From IMG/VR virus record IMGVR_UViG_3300047471_000162, positions 32,001 through 96,000 of that record: DNA of 64,000 bases; one strand, 5' to 3'. Position numbers and translations under genes: made by a program. The notes below the pieces were generated by a model, which worked only from the letters and a program-made list of their open reading frames with translations, had not been told where the DNA came from and searched no databases. The stretch is from a virus. Positions 37,545-46,757 of this stretch are shown here, in pieces (positions within the stretch are counted from its first letter, which is position 1; each line of letters begins with the position of its first letter).

Positions 37545-38813
37545 ATGGCTGCCACTCTTGATGTAGATAAGCTCTTTGTATCTAAGATTGTGCAGGAGAA
37601 GGACATCACGCCTGTGGCAGATGTGCCCCCGTACTTTATCTTTGATCCTGAATACCGTGAGGCTTTCGAGTATATTCGAAAGTATTATGCTGAGCATGGA
37701 GAGGTTCCTACTCTCCGAGTGATGCTAGCGGATTGTCCGCAGGTAAAGCTTGTCCAAGTAGACGAGCCATGGAAGGATATTATTGACCGAGTACAAACCA
37801 AGTACATTGCGGGCATTCTGGAACAAGGGCTATCCAATGTAGTGGACAAGTATGAGGAAGGTGATATTGAATCTGCTGTCAATTTTCTAGGTGTTATCGT
37901 ATCCAAAGTGCACACGGCGGTACCCAATAGCCGAGACACCGACATCACACAAACAGGTAGTGACCGCCTTGCACGGTACCAGGAACGGCGTGACAACCCT
38001 GGAACCATGGTGGGTGTCCCAACAGGCTTTCCAACGCTGGACAGGGCCACTCAGGGGCTTCAGAAGGGTCAGCTGGTAACAGTCACTGGTCTGACTAAGG
38101 CCAGTAAGTCTACCTTGGCGCTACTGGTGGGTATGACTGTACAAAAGTCGGGAAAGCGTGTAGCGTACTTCACGTACGAGCAAACCTGTGAAGAGCAGGA
38201 GCGTAGATACGATGCATACAACGCGGGTATCAATGATAACCTGCTGAACAGTGGTAATGTATCCTCTGAGGATTGGAAGAAGGTAGTTGATGGTATTAAG
38301 GATACCGAGGAGCTACCGCCACTGATCTTCTGTGAAGATGCTATGACGGTTACAGCTGTGGGTGCCAAGTGTGATATCTATGATCCCGATGTAGTTATCA
38401 TCGATGGTACTTATATGCTTGAAGATGAGAACGGCGAGAACAAGGGATCTCCTCAGGCTCTGGCTAATATCGTGGCAGGCTTTAAGTTCATGGCCATGCG
38501 GCGTAAGATCTGTGTCATCCTTGTCACTCAGTCCACTCCCGCGCGAACCAAGGGTGAGACGTTGAACAACGACTCCATCATGGGCAGCCGTGCCTTCGTG
38601 CAGTACTCCAATGTGGTTATTGGTATTGAGCGTACTGAAGATACTAAGATGCGCAAGCTTAAGATCATCATGTCAAGGTCTTGTGCACCCTGCGACGTGA
38701 TGCTAGAGTGGGACTACGATACAGGAACCTTCGAAGAGATAGAAGGTTACGACATGGACGATGCACTGGAGAAGATGCTGGAGGATGACAACAAGTTCGA
38801 AGAAATTTACTAG
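37545..38813 (+). CDS. dnaB: DnaB-like replicative helicase
   Basis: GVPTGFPTLDRATQGLQKGQLV, YFTYE, VVIIDG, ILVTQ. Confidence 0.88.
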   Translation: MAATLDVDKLFVSKIVQEKDITPVADVPPYFIFDPEYREAFEYIRKYYAEHGEVPTLRVMLADCPQVKLVQVDEPWKDIIDRVQTKYIAGILEQGLSNVVDKYEEGDIESAVNFLGVIVSKVHTAVPNSRDTDITQTGSDRLARYQERRDNPGTMVGVPTGFPTLDRATQGLQKGQLVTVTGLTKASKSTLALLVGMTVQKSGKRVAYFTYEQTCEEQERRYDAYNAGINDNLLNSGNVSSEDWKKVVDGIKDTEELPPLIFCEDAMTVTAVGAKCDIYDPDVVIIDGTYMLEDENGENKGSPQALANIVAGFKFMAMRRKICVILVTQSTPARTKGETLNNDSIMGSRAFVQYSNVVIGIERTEDTKMRKLKIIMSRSCAPCDVMLEWDYDTGTFEEIEGYDMDDALEKMLEDDNKFEEIY

Positions 38814-39765
38814 CGGTTGGGGTACTCCAGTACCTGGGGATGTGCTAAGATGCTTAGAAGAACTGAGCATCACAGTATATAAACTCTCATACAATGAGGC
38901 TTGGTCCTTTTGTCCAGGGCATGAAAGAATCCTGGGCAAAAGAAACAATAAACCAGATAAGTGGTCCGTAAATATTGAAACCGGAATCCATAGTTGTTTC
39001 TCTTGTGGATTCTCCGGCTCCTTTGTCACTCTAGTTCAGGAGGTTAAGGGATATGGTCGAGCTGATGCAGAATCGTGGGTCCGTAGTCGTGGTGGAATCC
39101 AGCGAGTGCGACGAATACTGGCAGCTGCCTCTGGTAGTTTCGAGCCAGACACGAGGGTACGTACGTGGAATGAGTCGCGATTGGCGCTCTTCCAAGATCC
39201 TCCAGCTTCCGCACGCGATGGAAGAGGAGTTTCTGCGGGAAGTGTAGATCACTACGGTATACGTTGGTCGGATGGGGAGGATCCTTTCTGGGTTCTCCCC
39301 ATACGGGATCCTGAAGATGGGTCATTCTGGGGATACCAAGAGAAATCCGAAACTGGTTGGGTATCCAATAAGCCCTATGGTATTCAGAAGTCTCTGACTC
39401 TGTTTGGTATAGAGTGTTTTAATAGTCCGTTTGTCCTAGTACTTGAATCTCCATTGGATTGTGCCGTAGCATATACCAATGGAATTTTCGGAGCTGTATC
39501 TACTTTCGGTGCCAAGGTCAGCGATGCGCAGTTAACGCTGTTGCTTGATTTTGGCGTACCGATTATCTTTGGCCTGGATAATGACGGCGCTGGTATAGAA
39601 TCCTCTAGAAAGATTCGACAGAAGTTTATGGGGAGTGGCCATAGGATTAAGTTTCTCAACTACTCACACATTCCTACCAAGAAAGATATTGGTAGTGACT
39701 TAACTAAAAAGGAAATACAAAGGGCTGTACTTGAAGCCGTGCCTATGATAATGTATAGGCCATGA
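38785..39765 (+). CDS. DNA primase (zinc finger plus TOPRIM)
   Basis: CPGH..HSCFSC; LESPLD; GLDNDGAG; KKDIG. Confidence 0.88.
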   Translation: MTTSSKKFTSGWGTPVPGDVLRCLEELSITVYKLSYNEAWSFCPGHERILGKRNNKPDKWSVNIETGIHSCFSCGFSGSFVTLVQEVKGYGRADAESWVRSRGGIQRVRRILAAASGSFEPDTRVRTWNESRLALFQDPPASARDGRGVSAGSVDHYGIRWSDGEDPFWVLPIRDPEDGSFWGYQEKSETGWVSNKPYGIQKSLTLFGIECFNSPFVLVLESPLDCAVAYTNGIFGAVSTFGAKVSDAQLTLLLDFGVPIIFGLDNDGAGIESSRKIRQKFMGSGHRIKFLNYSHIPTKKDIGSDLTKKEIQRAVLEAVPMIMYRP

Positions 39766-41345
39766 CTTTCATTAAAACATTACGCCCCTACCAAGAAGCA
39801 GCTAGCGCTCTCATTGTCAATAGACAGAGGGCGCTACTTGCATTGGACCTGGGAACAGGTAAGACTATTGTTTCTATTCATGCTATTGAAGAGCTTAGAG
39901 ACGGAGGAATTTTAGATTGTGCGTTATTAATAATGTCTTCTTCACTGACATATCAATGGGCTGATCGTATAAAAGAATTTACTGATATTCCCCATGAGAA
40001 GATCGTTGTCATAGATGGGTCGTTAACACCAACCAAACGCAAGAAGGCGTATGAGGAAGCCTTGCGGGATCGCCCTGCCTATGTCATCATGGGCATCAGA
40101 CAGGTGGTCACAGACATTGACTTTGTAAAAAAGCTCAAGCCTGATCTGGCCCTGGTTGATGAAGTGACATCCATAAAAAACTTTAAGCCGCAGCAATCAA
40201 AGGTGATTAAGAAATATGTAACTGCGCCTTATCGTGTTGGTCTTACTGCTGAGCCTATTGAAAACGGCAAGGCAGAGGAACTGTATTCCATAATGCAATG
40301 GATTGATCCTAGCCTTTATGGTAGTTGGCAGGACTTCGAAGACACCTACATCATTCGTAATTCCTACAACATCATTACAGGGTATAGAAATGTAGACGAG
40401 ATGAATAAGATTCTCATGACCGCTTGTGTGAACAAGAGACGTGATGACAAAGATGTTGCTACGTTTATGCCAACTGTAGAAGAATACGATATCTATGTGG
40501 AGATGGATAATGCTACCAGGGACATCTATGAACAAATCGCGCAAGACCTCTTGCGAGAACTCAGAAATAGCGGACAGCGGGCTGTTCTCGATCTCGCCGG
40601 ATACTACTCTGGTGGAGGAGAAGCAGGAGAAGACCCTTCAGCAGGACGGGCGGCATCGCGGCTTACGGTACTCCATCTTCTCACGGACTCACCGTGCCTC
40701 TTAGAAGCCTCTGCACGGGCCTACAACGACCCAACAGACCCTAGAGGTAGCGCGTATGCTGCACAGCTCTTAGAGGCTGGGAGACTGCCCTCTGAGCCCC
40801 TCCTGGGTGCCAAGATAGAAGCGTGTGTGGAACTGGTGGATGAGTACCTGTCTTCCAATCCAGCTCACAAGGTGATAGTCTTCGCTCGGTTCAAGGGGGT
40901 ACTTCCCATCCTGGCCAAGCAACTTGACAAGTATGGCTCAGTACTATTTACTGGAGATCTTAATGGAAAGCAGCGAGCTGAAGCCATACAGTCGTTTGGA
41001 TCAGATCCTTCTACCAGAATTTTTCTTTCGTCTGATGCTGGAGGATACGGCGTCGACTTATACATGGCTTCTCACCTTATTAACTTCGATTTACCCCTAT
41101 CCTCAGGTGCCTTCAAGCAGCGTAATGGTAGGCACGTTCGGGCAAGTTCTACATTCAGAAACGTCTTCATTGACAACCTGATCGTAGCTGGTAGTGTTGA
41201 GGAATATCAGAAGCAACGACTTGCCTACAAAGCTCGTGTTGCAAATGCTGCGCTGACTGGACGGATGTCAGAGCAGGGTGGTAGAGTAACTAATGATGTA
41301 CAGAGCTTGACTAAGTTCCTAGAAAAGCAGTTGGAGAATAGATGA
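39762..41345 (+). CDS. SNF2-family helicase
   Basis: LRPYQ, DLGTGKT, VDEV, GLTAEPIEN, AGGYGVDL, QRNGRHVR. Confidence 0.88.
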   Translation: MTFIKTLRPYQEAASALIVNRQRALLALDLGTGKTIVSIHAIEELRDGGILDCALLIMSSSLTYQWADRIKEFTDIPHEKIVVIDGSLTPTKRKKAYEEALRDRPAYVIMGIRQVVTDIDFVKKLKPDLALVDEVTSIKNFKPQQSKVIKKYVTAPYRVGLTAEPIENGKAEELYSIMQWIDPSLYGSWQDFEDTYIIRNSYNIITGYRNVDEMNKILMTACVNKRRDDKDVATFMPTVEEYDIYVEMDNATRDIYEQIAQDLLRELRNSGQRAVLDLAGYYSGGGEAGEDPSAGRAASRLTVLHLLTDSPCLLEASARAYNDPTDPRGSAYAAQLLEAGRLPSEPLLGAKIEACVELVDEYLSSNPAHKVIVFARFKGVLPILAKQLDKYGSVLFTGDLNGKQRAEAIQSFGSDPSTRIFLSSDAGGYGVDLYMASHLINFDLPLSSGAFKQRNGRHVRASSTFRNVFIDNLIVAGSVEEYQKQRLAYKARVANAALTGRMSEQGGRVTNDVQSLTKFLEKQLENR

Positions 41346-41758
41346 GTGAATTAGTAATAAAGAATAAGGTGGCTCAGTATTTATTAATAAATACTGAGAT
41401 CAAGGAGTTACAGTCGTTACAGAAGCAGTTGAAAGAGCACTTAGAACCTGCTTTACTAGAGGCTGAGACGAACGCCAGGGGATCACGGGTGATAACCTTC
41501 ACAGACCCTCTGGAGATCGATGGGATCCGGTACAAGAGCTTGCAGAAGGTGCGCAAGGAGAGTAAGGTACTCAATGAGGAACGAGCACTGAAGTTCCTCA
41601 AGTCCGATCAAGCGTTCGAGTCTGCTGTCATTACAGTAGATCATGTTGATCAGGATGCCTTGTGGGATCTCTTCGTTCAGGATATGATCTCCCAAGAAGA
41701 ACTAGACAGTTTCTTCGATGTAACTGAATCATTCGCCTTCATGCCGACTAAGGAGTAG
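41342..41758 (+). CDS. Coiled-coil hypothetical protein
   Basis: GGAG RBS; overlaps the helicase stop. Confidence 0.6.
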   Translation: MSELVIKNKVAQYLLINTEIKELQSLQKQLKEHLEPALLEAETNARGSRVITFTDPLEIDGIRYKSLQKVRKESKVLNEERALKFLKSDQAFESAVITVDHVDQDALWDLFVQDMISQEELDSFFDVTESFAFMPTKE

Positions 41759-41765
41759 TTAACTA

Positions 41766-42068
41766 ATGAAGCGTTCTCTCAGGGTTATGGCCGCTGGTAT
41801 TATCACTGCGGGTATTATTCTTGGTGGTACTGCGTGCGCTGCTAGTGATGGTTCTGATGTCCTTCAGTACGGAGATTACGACTCTATGCACGTCTATCAC
41901 ACGTATCCGCAGCCGATTATCGTACATGTTACTCGAAAGGTTTATATGTCCAACACTACGATGTACAGTAACCCTACTGTTGAGCGTACTTATGTGAGTC
42001 ACCACACTTGCCGCACTACTACGACCCGTACCAACGGGCGTACTACCTCTGTTAGGCAGTGTTCCTAA
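41766..42068 (+). CDS. Putative lipoprotein
   Basis: Basic and hydrophobic signal with LGGTAC lipobox-like Cys. Confidence 0.55.
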   Translation: MKRSLRVMAAGIITAGIILGGTACAASDGSDVLQYGDYDSMHVYHTYPQPIIVHVTRKVYMSNTTMYSNPTVERTYVSHHTCRTTTTRTNGRTTSVRQCS

Positions 42069-42355
42069 TGGGTCGACATTCCGCAAATGGTACTGAGTAT
42101 TTTCGAGCAATAGTAATTACTTCTGAGGGATCTGAGTATTCTATTCATGGTCCTTATTCCACCAGGGCCGCAGCCAAGACGGAGGGAAAGAGAAACATTA
42201 CTTCTCATTCTTGGGGCGATCGATCTACTTGGACAATAAAGATTCAGGAACTTAAGCCCATTATAAAATGGGTAGATATTCCAGGCGTTCTATCTACTGA
42301 CCCTTGGAACTTGGAGCCTACAGCTCATCTTGAATGGATTGATGTAGATGGCTGA
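42068..42355 (+). CDS. Hypothetical protein
   Basis: TAATG coupling; GPYSTRAAAK motif. Confidence 0.6.
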   Translation: MGRHSANGTEYFRAIVITSEGSEYSIHGPYSTRAAAKTEGKRNITSHSWGDRSTWTIKIQELKPIIKWVDIPGVLSTDPWNLEPTAHLEWIDVDG

Positions 42356-42647
42356 AACACTTACTCTCTCAGCAGAGGAAATTGAGGAAGAGGATCTTAT
42401 TGAGGTTCTACTTTGGGAGAATCTAATTTGGGAGAAGTTTCCCACTGATCAGCACCGGTGGGAAGAGTGGCACACAGGTGTCACCAAATACAAGGATAAG
42501 TACTGGTGGGTTAACTGGGTCACTGGTCTCACGGAGACCCAAGACAATCAGTACTTTGAGTATGAATTGGCTGGAGATGGATCATTGACTCTTCATGAGG
42601 CAGAATCCTATGAGATTATCGAAACTAAGTGGAGGCGAAAGAAGTAA
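42348..42647 (+). CDS. Hypothetical protein
   Basis: HRW..GLTETQD motif; operon packing. Confidence 0.6.
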   Translation: MAETLTLSAEEIEEEDLIEVLLWENLIWEKFPTDQHRWEEWHTGVTKYKDKYWWVNWVTGLTETQDNQYFEYELAGDGSLTLHEAESYEIIETKWRRKK

Positions 42648-42868
42648 TGAGTGATGTAACTATTTCGGTGATGTCGGAGCTTGAGCTTGATGAGCTTATC
42701 TCTTCTCTAACAGAGAACCTGTGTCAGGAGCATCTGATTGATTTCATTGCACGTATCGATCAGTATGTCTGCGACTGGGATTTTACTGAGGCGCTGTACA
42801 AGCACTTCAAGGCAGAGCATAAGGTATACAAGTCAGAGGTAAAGCTAGACCCCTTTGTCGGTATCTAG
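42647..42868 (+). CDS. Hypothetical protein
   Basis: GGAGG RBS; TAATG coupling. Confidence 0.55.
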   Translation: MSDVTISVMSELELDELISSLTENLCQEHLIDFIARIDQYVCDWDFTEALYKHFKAEHKVYKSEVKLDPFVGI

Positions 42869-43026
42869 TACCCCGTGGCCCTATTACATCAAAGATAGGG
42901 CCACGGCTATTCACTTTGTATTAGATCCTGATTGTGGTTGTAGAAACTTGATGAATTGTTTATCAGTCAATCATAGAACTCTTCTTATAATTTTAGAAGC
43001 CTTGGATAAATGGGAGGAATACCACA

Positions 43027-43218
43027 ATGAAGGTACACGTTGAGTACAGTGTCCCGAACAGTCTCGTTCTAGAGCTAAATGAGAATGAGGTAGCAGCTTT
43101 TAATGCGGGCATGTCTACCGATGATTTCAACTGGTTTGCGGATGAGATCAGTGATAAGGTAGCTCAGCATGCTATGGCGTGGTTTGTTATCGATGAGGTT
43201 CGGGAGATTCTAGAGTGA
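43027..43218 (+). CDS. Small hypothetical protein
   Basis: GGAGG RBS. Confidence 0.55.
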   Translation: MKVHVEYSVPNSLVLELNENEVAAFNAGMSTDDFNWFADEISDKVAQHAMAWFVIDEVREILE

Positions 43219-43580
43219 ACAGTTGGCAGCATGCTGTATCTTCTGCCCATGAATGGGGTGGAAAACCTGAGGACTATCATCCTATTCATAAGAAGGTAGA
43301 CAGCTCTAAAGCGGGTATGGGAGACATTCGCCACCGTGCTCTATTTCATCACACTGAAGGTACCTTTCTCATGGAGGATATCTTTGGTCCATATCTACAG
43401 GTAGGCAAGCGCCAAGTTCCTGTCCGAGATATCGTTGAGCGTCATATCGTAGAGGACTTGGGATTTCTTCCTACCTTTCAATGGTGGGCAGAGCGAATGA
43501 ATATCGATCCTGCAATGAGTGGTACTAAGCGTAGGAAAATCAGAAACACACGAGATATTTTTGGGAGTAAGAGTGAGTGA
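43215..43580 (+). CDS. DUF6915-like protein
   Basis: HAVSSA..WGG..EDY..IH..DSSK..RHRALFHH..HIVEDLG. Confidence 0.7.
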   Translation: MNSWQHAVSSAHEWGGKPEDYHPIHKKVDSSKAGMGDIRHRALFHHTEGTFLMEDIFGPYLQVGKRQVPVRDIVERHIVEDLGFLPTFQWWAERMNIDPAMSGTKRRKIRNTRDIFGSKSE

Positions 43581-44064
43581 CGAGAGTGTTGACTTCCGTG
43601 GTAAGCTCCTGGTTGACAAGAGCTATAGTTATAGGTCACAGTTTGTAGAGCAACTGCCTATTACTGACTTGGCGCCCTATCTTGAGGCATCTTTTGCTAA
43701 GGGCGTGAAGGCAATCAAGTGGCAGCAGTATGTTCCTGGCTTTAATGATGGCGATCCTTGTGAGTTTACTATTAATGAGGTTTACTTCACAGGTAACGAT
43801 GAGGTGGCAAAGCTCTGGGCTGGAGGTCAGAGTGTTGATTATCTTGAGGACGAGAATACTTATCATGATCTAGATTATCTAGAGGATTATGTCTTTGCAT
43901 TGTTCAGTTACAGTGATCATCCTGATGGTCTTACTATTGATGCAGATGTTCCAATTGGTTCTGCTGCATTCGAATATGCTGTTCGTGCTGAGTTCGGGGA
44001 TAATACGGAGATTGTTATCACTCCAGAAGCCACGTACACTTTCGACTATGAGTGTGGCCACTAA
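43573..44064 (+). CDS. Acidic hypothetical protein
   Basis: WQQYVPGFNDGDPCEF motif; coupled to the DUF6915-like gene. Confidence 0.6.
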   Translation: MSDESVDFRGKLLVDKSYSYRSQFVEQLPITDLAPYLEASFAKGVKAIKWQQYVPGFNDGDPCEFTINEVYFTGNDEVAKLWAGGQSVDYLEDENTYHDLDYLEDYVFALFSYSDHPDGLTIDADVPIGSAAFEYAVRAEFGDNTEIVITPEATYTFDYECGH

Positions 44065-44072
44065 GGAGAACA

Positions 44073-44519
44073 TTGCAATCTAATTGGATGAATCAATTGG
44101 ATCAGTTCTTTCCGGGTTCTACAACTCCTCTGAACTTTGAAGAGATTATTGTAGACAAGGTTAAGGAACTTGACAGCTGGGATTATAAGCCTTATACATT
44201 TCTGGTCGGTGGAGTTGAGACTGAGTTCTTCTCCATCGGCCAACTCGGAAAGGCCCTAGGAGGACGTAGCCCTAACACCTTGCGTGCTTGGGAAAGAGAA
44301 GGTATAATAGGAAAATCACCATATGTTAAACCCTCCAGTACACCTAACGGACGAAGAAGAATGTACACCCGAGAAATGGTAGAAGGCTTAGTAGCAATTG
44401 CCAGAGAGGAGGGCATTCTCTGGCCGCATAAGGGCAGTCGTATTAGTAACACTAAATTTTCTGAGAGGGCTATCGAACTATTCAGGAGGTTAAGGCTTGA
44501 ACAAAAACAAATGCGATGA
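44073..44519 (+). CDS. MerR/BldC-type HTH DNA-binding protein
   Basis: [25 protein letters not shown]...RRMYT. Confidence 0.8.
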   Translation: MQSNWMNQLDQFFPGSTTPLNFEEIIVDKVKELDSWDYKPYTFLVGGVETEFFSIGQLGKALGGRSPNTLRAWEREGIIGKSPYVKPSSTPNGRRRMYTREMVEGLVAIAREEGILWPHKGSRISNTKFSERAIELFRRLRLEQKQMR

Positions 44520-45066
44520 TACCTCATGTGATAGAGAGTCGCTGACTAAAGGTTTTTGTGATAAACATTACCGTCGTTGGAAGAAACACGGCGACTCTAG
44601 TATTGTGTTGACACCAACACGAAGTATCTGCACTATTGGCGAGTGCGCCAGATTAACTGATGCCCTTGGCTACTGCAAACTGCACTACACTAGATTTATA
44701 AAACATGGTGACCCATTAAAAACATTGCGTGTTACCTCACCCGCAGGGCAAGCCCGAACCATCACAAATAAATACGGCTATGTGTGGGTACCCTACAACC
44801 ACCAACATCCAAATTCTCGACCAGATGGCTACATAGCCGAACATACATTTGTGATGTCAGAGCACCTAGGAAGACCCCTTCTTCCACATGAAAATGTGCA
44901 TCATATCAATGGGCAACGCGATGATAACCGAATCGAAAATCTAGAACTATGGTCCAAGTCTCAACCTGCTGGACAACGTGTCCTGGATAAGGTAGCTTGG
45001 GCACGTGAGCTTCTAGGAATATACGGAACTAGCGAAGAGAAGGAAGTATATGGCAACCCGCAGTAA
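44497..45066 (+). CDS. HNH homing endonuclease
   Basis: Two C..C..C..HY repeats; [21 protein letters not shown]. Confidence 0.88.
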   Translation: MNKNKCDDTSCDRESLTKGFCDKHYRRWKKHGDSSIVLTPTRSICTIGECARLTDALGYCKLHYTRFIKHGDPLKTLRVTSPAGQARTITNKYGYVWVPYNHQHPNSRPDGYIAEHTFVMSEHLGRPLLPHENVHHINGQRDDNRIENLELWSKSQPAGQRVLDKVAWARELLGIYGTSEEKEVYGNPQ

Positions 45067-45376
45067 TGTCAACGAACTTCACACAGAGAGCGAAGGAACT
45101 ATTCTTAAGCCTGAGACGACAGTGACAGTAGCTCCTGATAGTATGAACGCTATGAAGGTATCTATTTCTCGTACTTTCAAGATTAATATGGGCAATTACG
45201 AGTCAATGGATTCTTTTGTATCCGTGACTTTGGATGTAACTGAGGGTAGTGATCTAGAGGAGCTGGCTACTAAGTTCGGCGAGACTCTTGACACCCTACA
45301 GGCTCCTGATCTAGAATTGGCCCATCACTTGACCAAGGAACGTAACTCCCTTGTCAAGATTCTAATTGAGAAGTAA
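45050..45376 (+). CDS. Conserved phage protein
   Basis: KINMGNYES motif; upstream of SSB. Confidence 0.6.
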   Translation: MATRSNVNELHTESEGTILKPETTVTVAPDSMNAMKVSISRTFKINMGNYESMDSFVSVTLDVTEGSDLEELATKFGETLDTLQAPDLELAHHLTKERNSLVKILIEK

Positions 45377-45422
45377 TCAACTCCACTTACGCTCTATAGC
45401 GACCATATAAGGAGAATAATTT

Positions 45423-46193
45423 ATGGCAAAGATGACTCGTACTCGTGTTGCTCCGGCTGAGGACTATGACGAGACCAGTCCTGCGGGATCCGATTCGGAA
45501 ACTCAGGATGAGAGTGACTCCAATCCTCATGCTGCTCCAGAGATGAAGCGAAGCGGTATTCGTCGCCCCTCTGGTCCTGTATCCTCTGGCTGGGGAGCAC
45601 CACAGCAGAAGCGAGAGACAGTAAAGGCACCTTATCTCAAGGTTGATCGCACTAAGAAGATCATCAAGCTTCTGGATGCTGAGCCTTCTGTTCGTTTTAA
45701 GCAGCATTATCTGAAGACTCTTAATAAGTTCTATACCTGCATTGAGGTTTATGAGGGTAAGGACCATCCGGATAATGTTGACTGCCCTCTGTGTGACGCC
45801 GGGCACAAGGCATCCGTGAAGTTCATCATGAATGTTATCGAGATGGATCCGGATGCTACTGCTTACGAGGTAAAGACTTGGACTTTTGGTCCTGAGGTTG
45901 CTGGTCATCTTCAGGATATTGGGGAGGATCTCCAGGACAATGACCGTATTCCTGATAACGCCAAGACTATTGACGCAGAGCGTTGGTACTTCAAGGTTTA
46001 TCAGGTAAAGGCAGACAACAACCGAATCTCCAATAAGGTTGAGAAGATTTCTGCTTCTCTGCTTCCTGATGAGTTTGGTATGGAACCTCTGAATACCGAT
46101 GAGATTCTTGAACTGGGTAAGGTTCGCTATGGTGATGAGACTGTTTGGATCACCTCTGAGGACAAGCTCCGTGAGGCTGCCAAGTCCCTCTAG
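45423..46193 (+). CDS. Single-stranded DNA-binding protein (T4 gp32-like)
   Basis: QHY..YTC..DCPLC zinc site, FIMNVI; acidic disordered N-terminus. Confidence 0.7.
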   Translation: MAKMTRTRVAPAEDYDETSPAGSDSETQDESDSNPHAAPEMKRSGIRRPSGPVSSGWGAPQQKRETVKAPYLKVDRTKKIIKLLDAEPSVRFKQHYLKTLNKFYTCIEVYEGKDHPDNVDCPLCDAGHKASVKFIMNVIEMDPDATAYEVKTWTFGPEVAGHLQDIGEDLQDNDRIPDNAKTIDAERWYFKVYQVKADNNRISNKVEKISASLLPDEFGMEPLNTDEILELGKVRYGDETVWITSEDKLREAAKSL

Positions 46194-46197
46194 GCAC

Positions 46198-46258
46198 TAG
46201 ACACCGAAGCTCCGTACCTGATAAGCTAGCGCTTGTTAGGTACGGAGCTTCTTACTTT
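46198..46258 (+). terminator. Terminator hairpin with embedded promoter
   Basis: 21-bp stem 46206-46251; TAGACA-18-TAAGCT overlaps the left arm. Confidence 0.7.
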
Positions 46259-46269
46259 GGAGGATTAAA

Positions 46270-46515
46270 ATGCTTGAAGCAGACGGTAAGTTCTACATGG
46301 TCTACCGCTATTCCTACGATGGACAGAACAGATACACGGATGCCATCTATCCCGCGAGTGAGTATATTTTTGCTATGGATTATCTTCGTAAGCTTGCTGC
46401 CGAGGATGCTGCGTACAAGTGGAACACTGATGAAGAGCTAAAGAAGATTAATCCGGGTCAATATTGTTATGAGGTTGTGTACTTTGAAGAATTGACTATG
46501 AATGAGGAGCTGTAA
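46270..46515 (+). CDS. Hypothetical protein
   Basis: GGAGG RBS. Confidence 0.6.
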   Translation: MLEADGKFYMVYRYSYDGQNRYTDAIYPASEYIFAMDYLRKLAAEDAAYKWNTDEELKKINPGQYCYEVVYFEELTMNEEL

Positions 46516-46757
46516 TGGCTTACTGCTATGTGATTATGTATAGCATGTACCAGGAAGATTATAGTCATGATCAGGTGGCGCTTGTGCATTCCACTCTCGA
46601 TCAAGCAATTGAATGGTTACATAACGGAATGGCCGGAGAAAAGTGGGCCCGACTGGCTCATATAGACGGGACAGGAATTCGAACTCGTCTCATTACAAAT
46701 TTTGGCCAACATAATTGGACTGAATACCGTATCGAGAAACATATACTGGGGGATTAA
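46515..46757 (+). CDS. Hypothetical protein
   Basis: GAGGAG RBS; TAATG coupling. Confidence 0.6.
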   Translation: MAYCYVIMYSMYQEDYSHDQVALVHSTLDQAIEWLHNGMAGEKWARLAHIDGTGIRTRLITNFGQHNWTEYRIEKHILGD

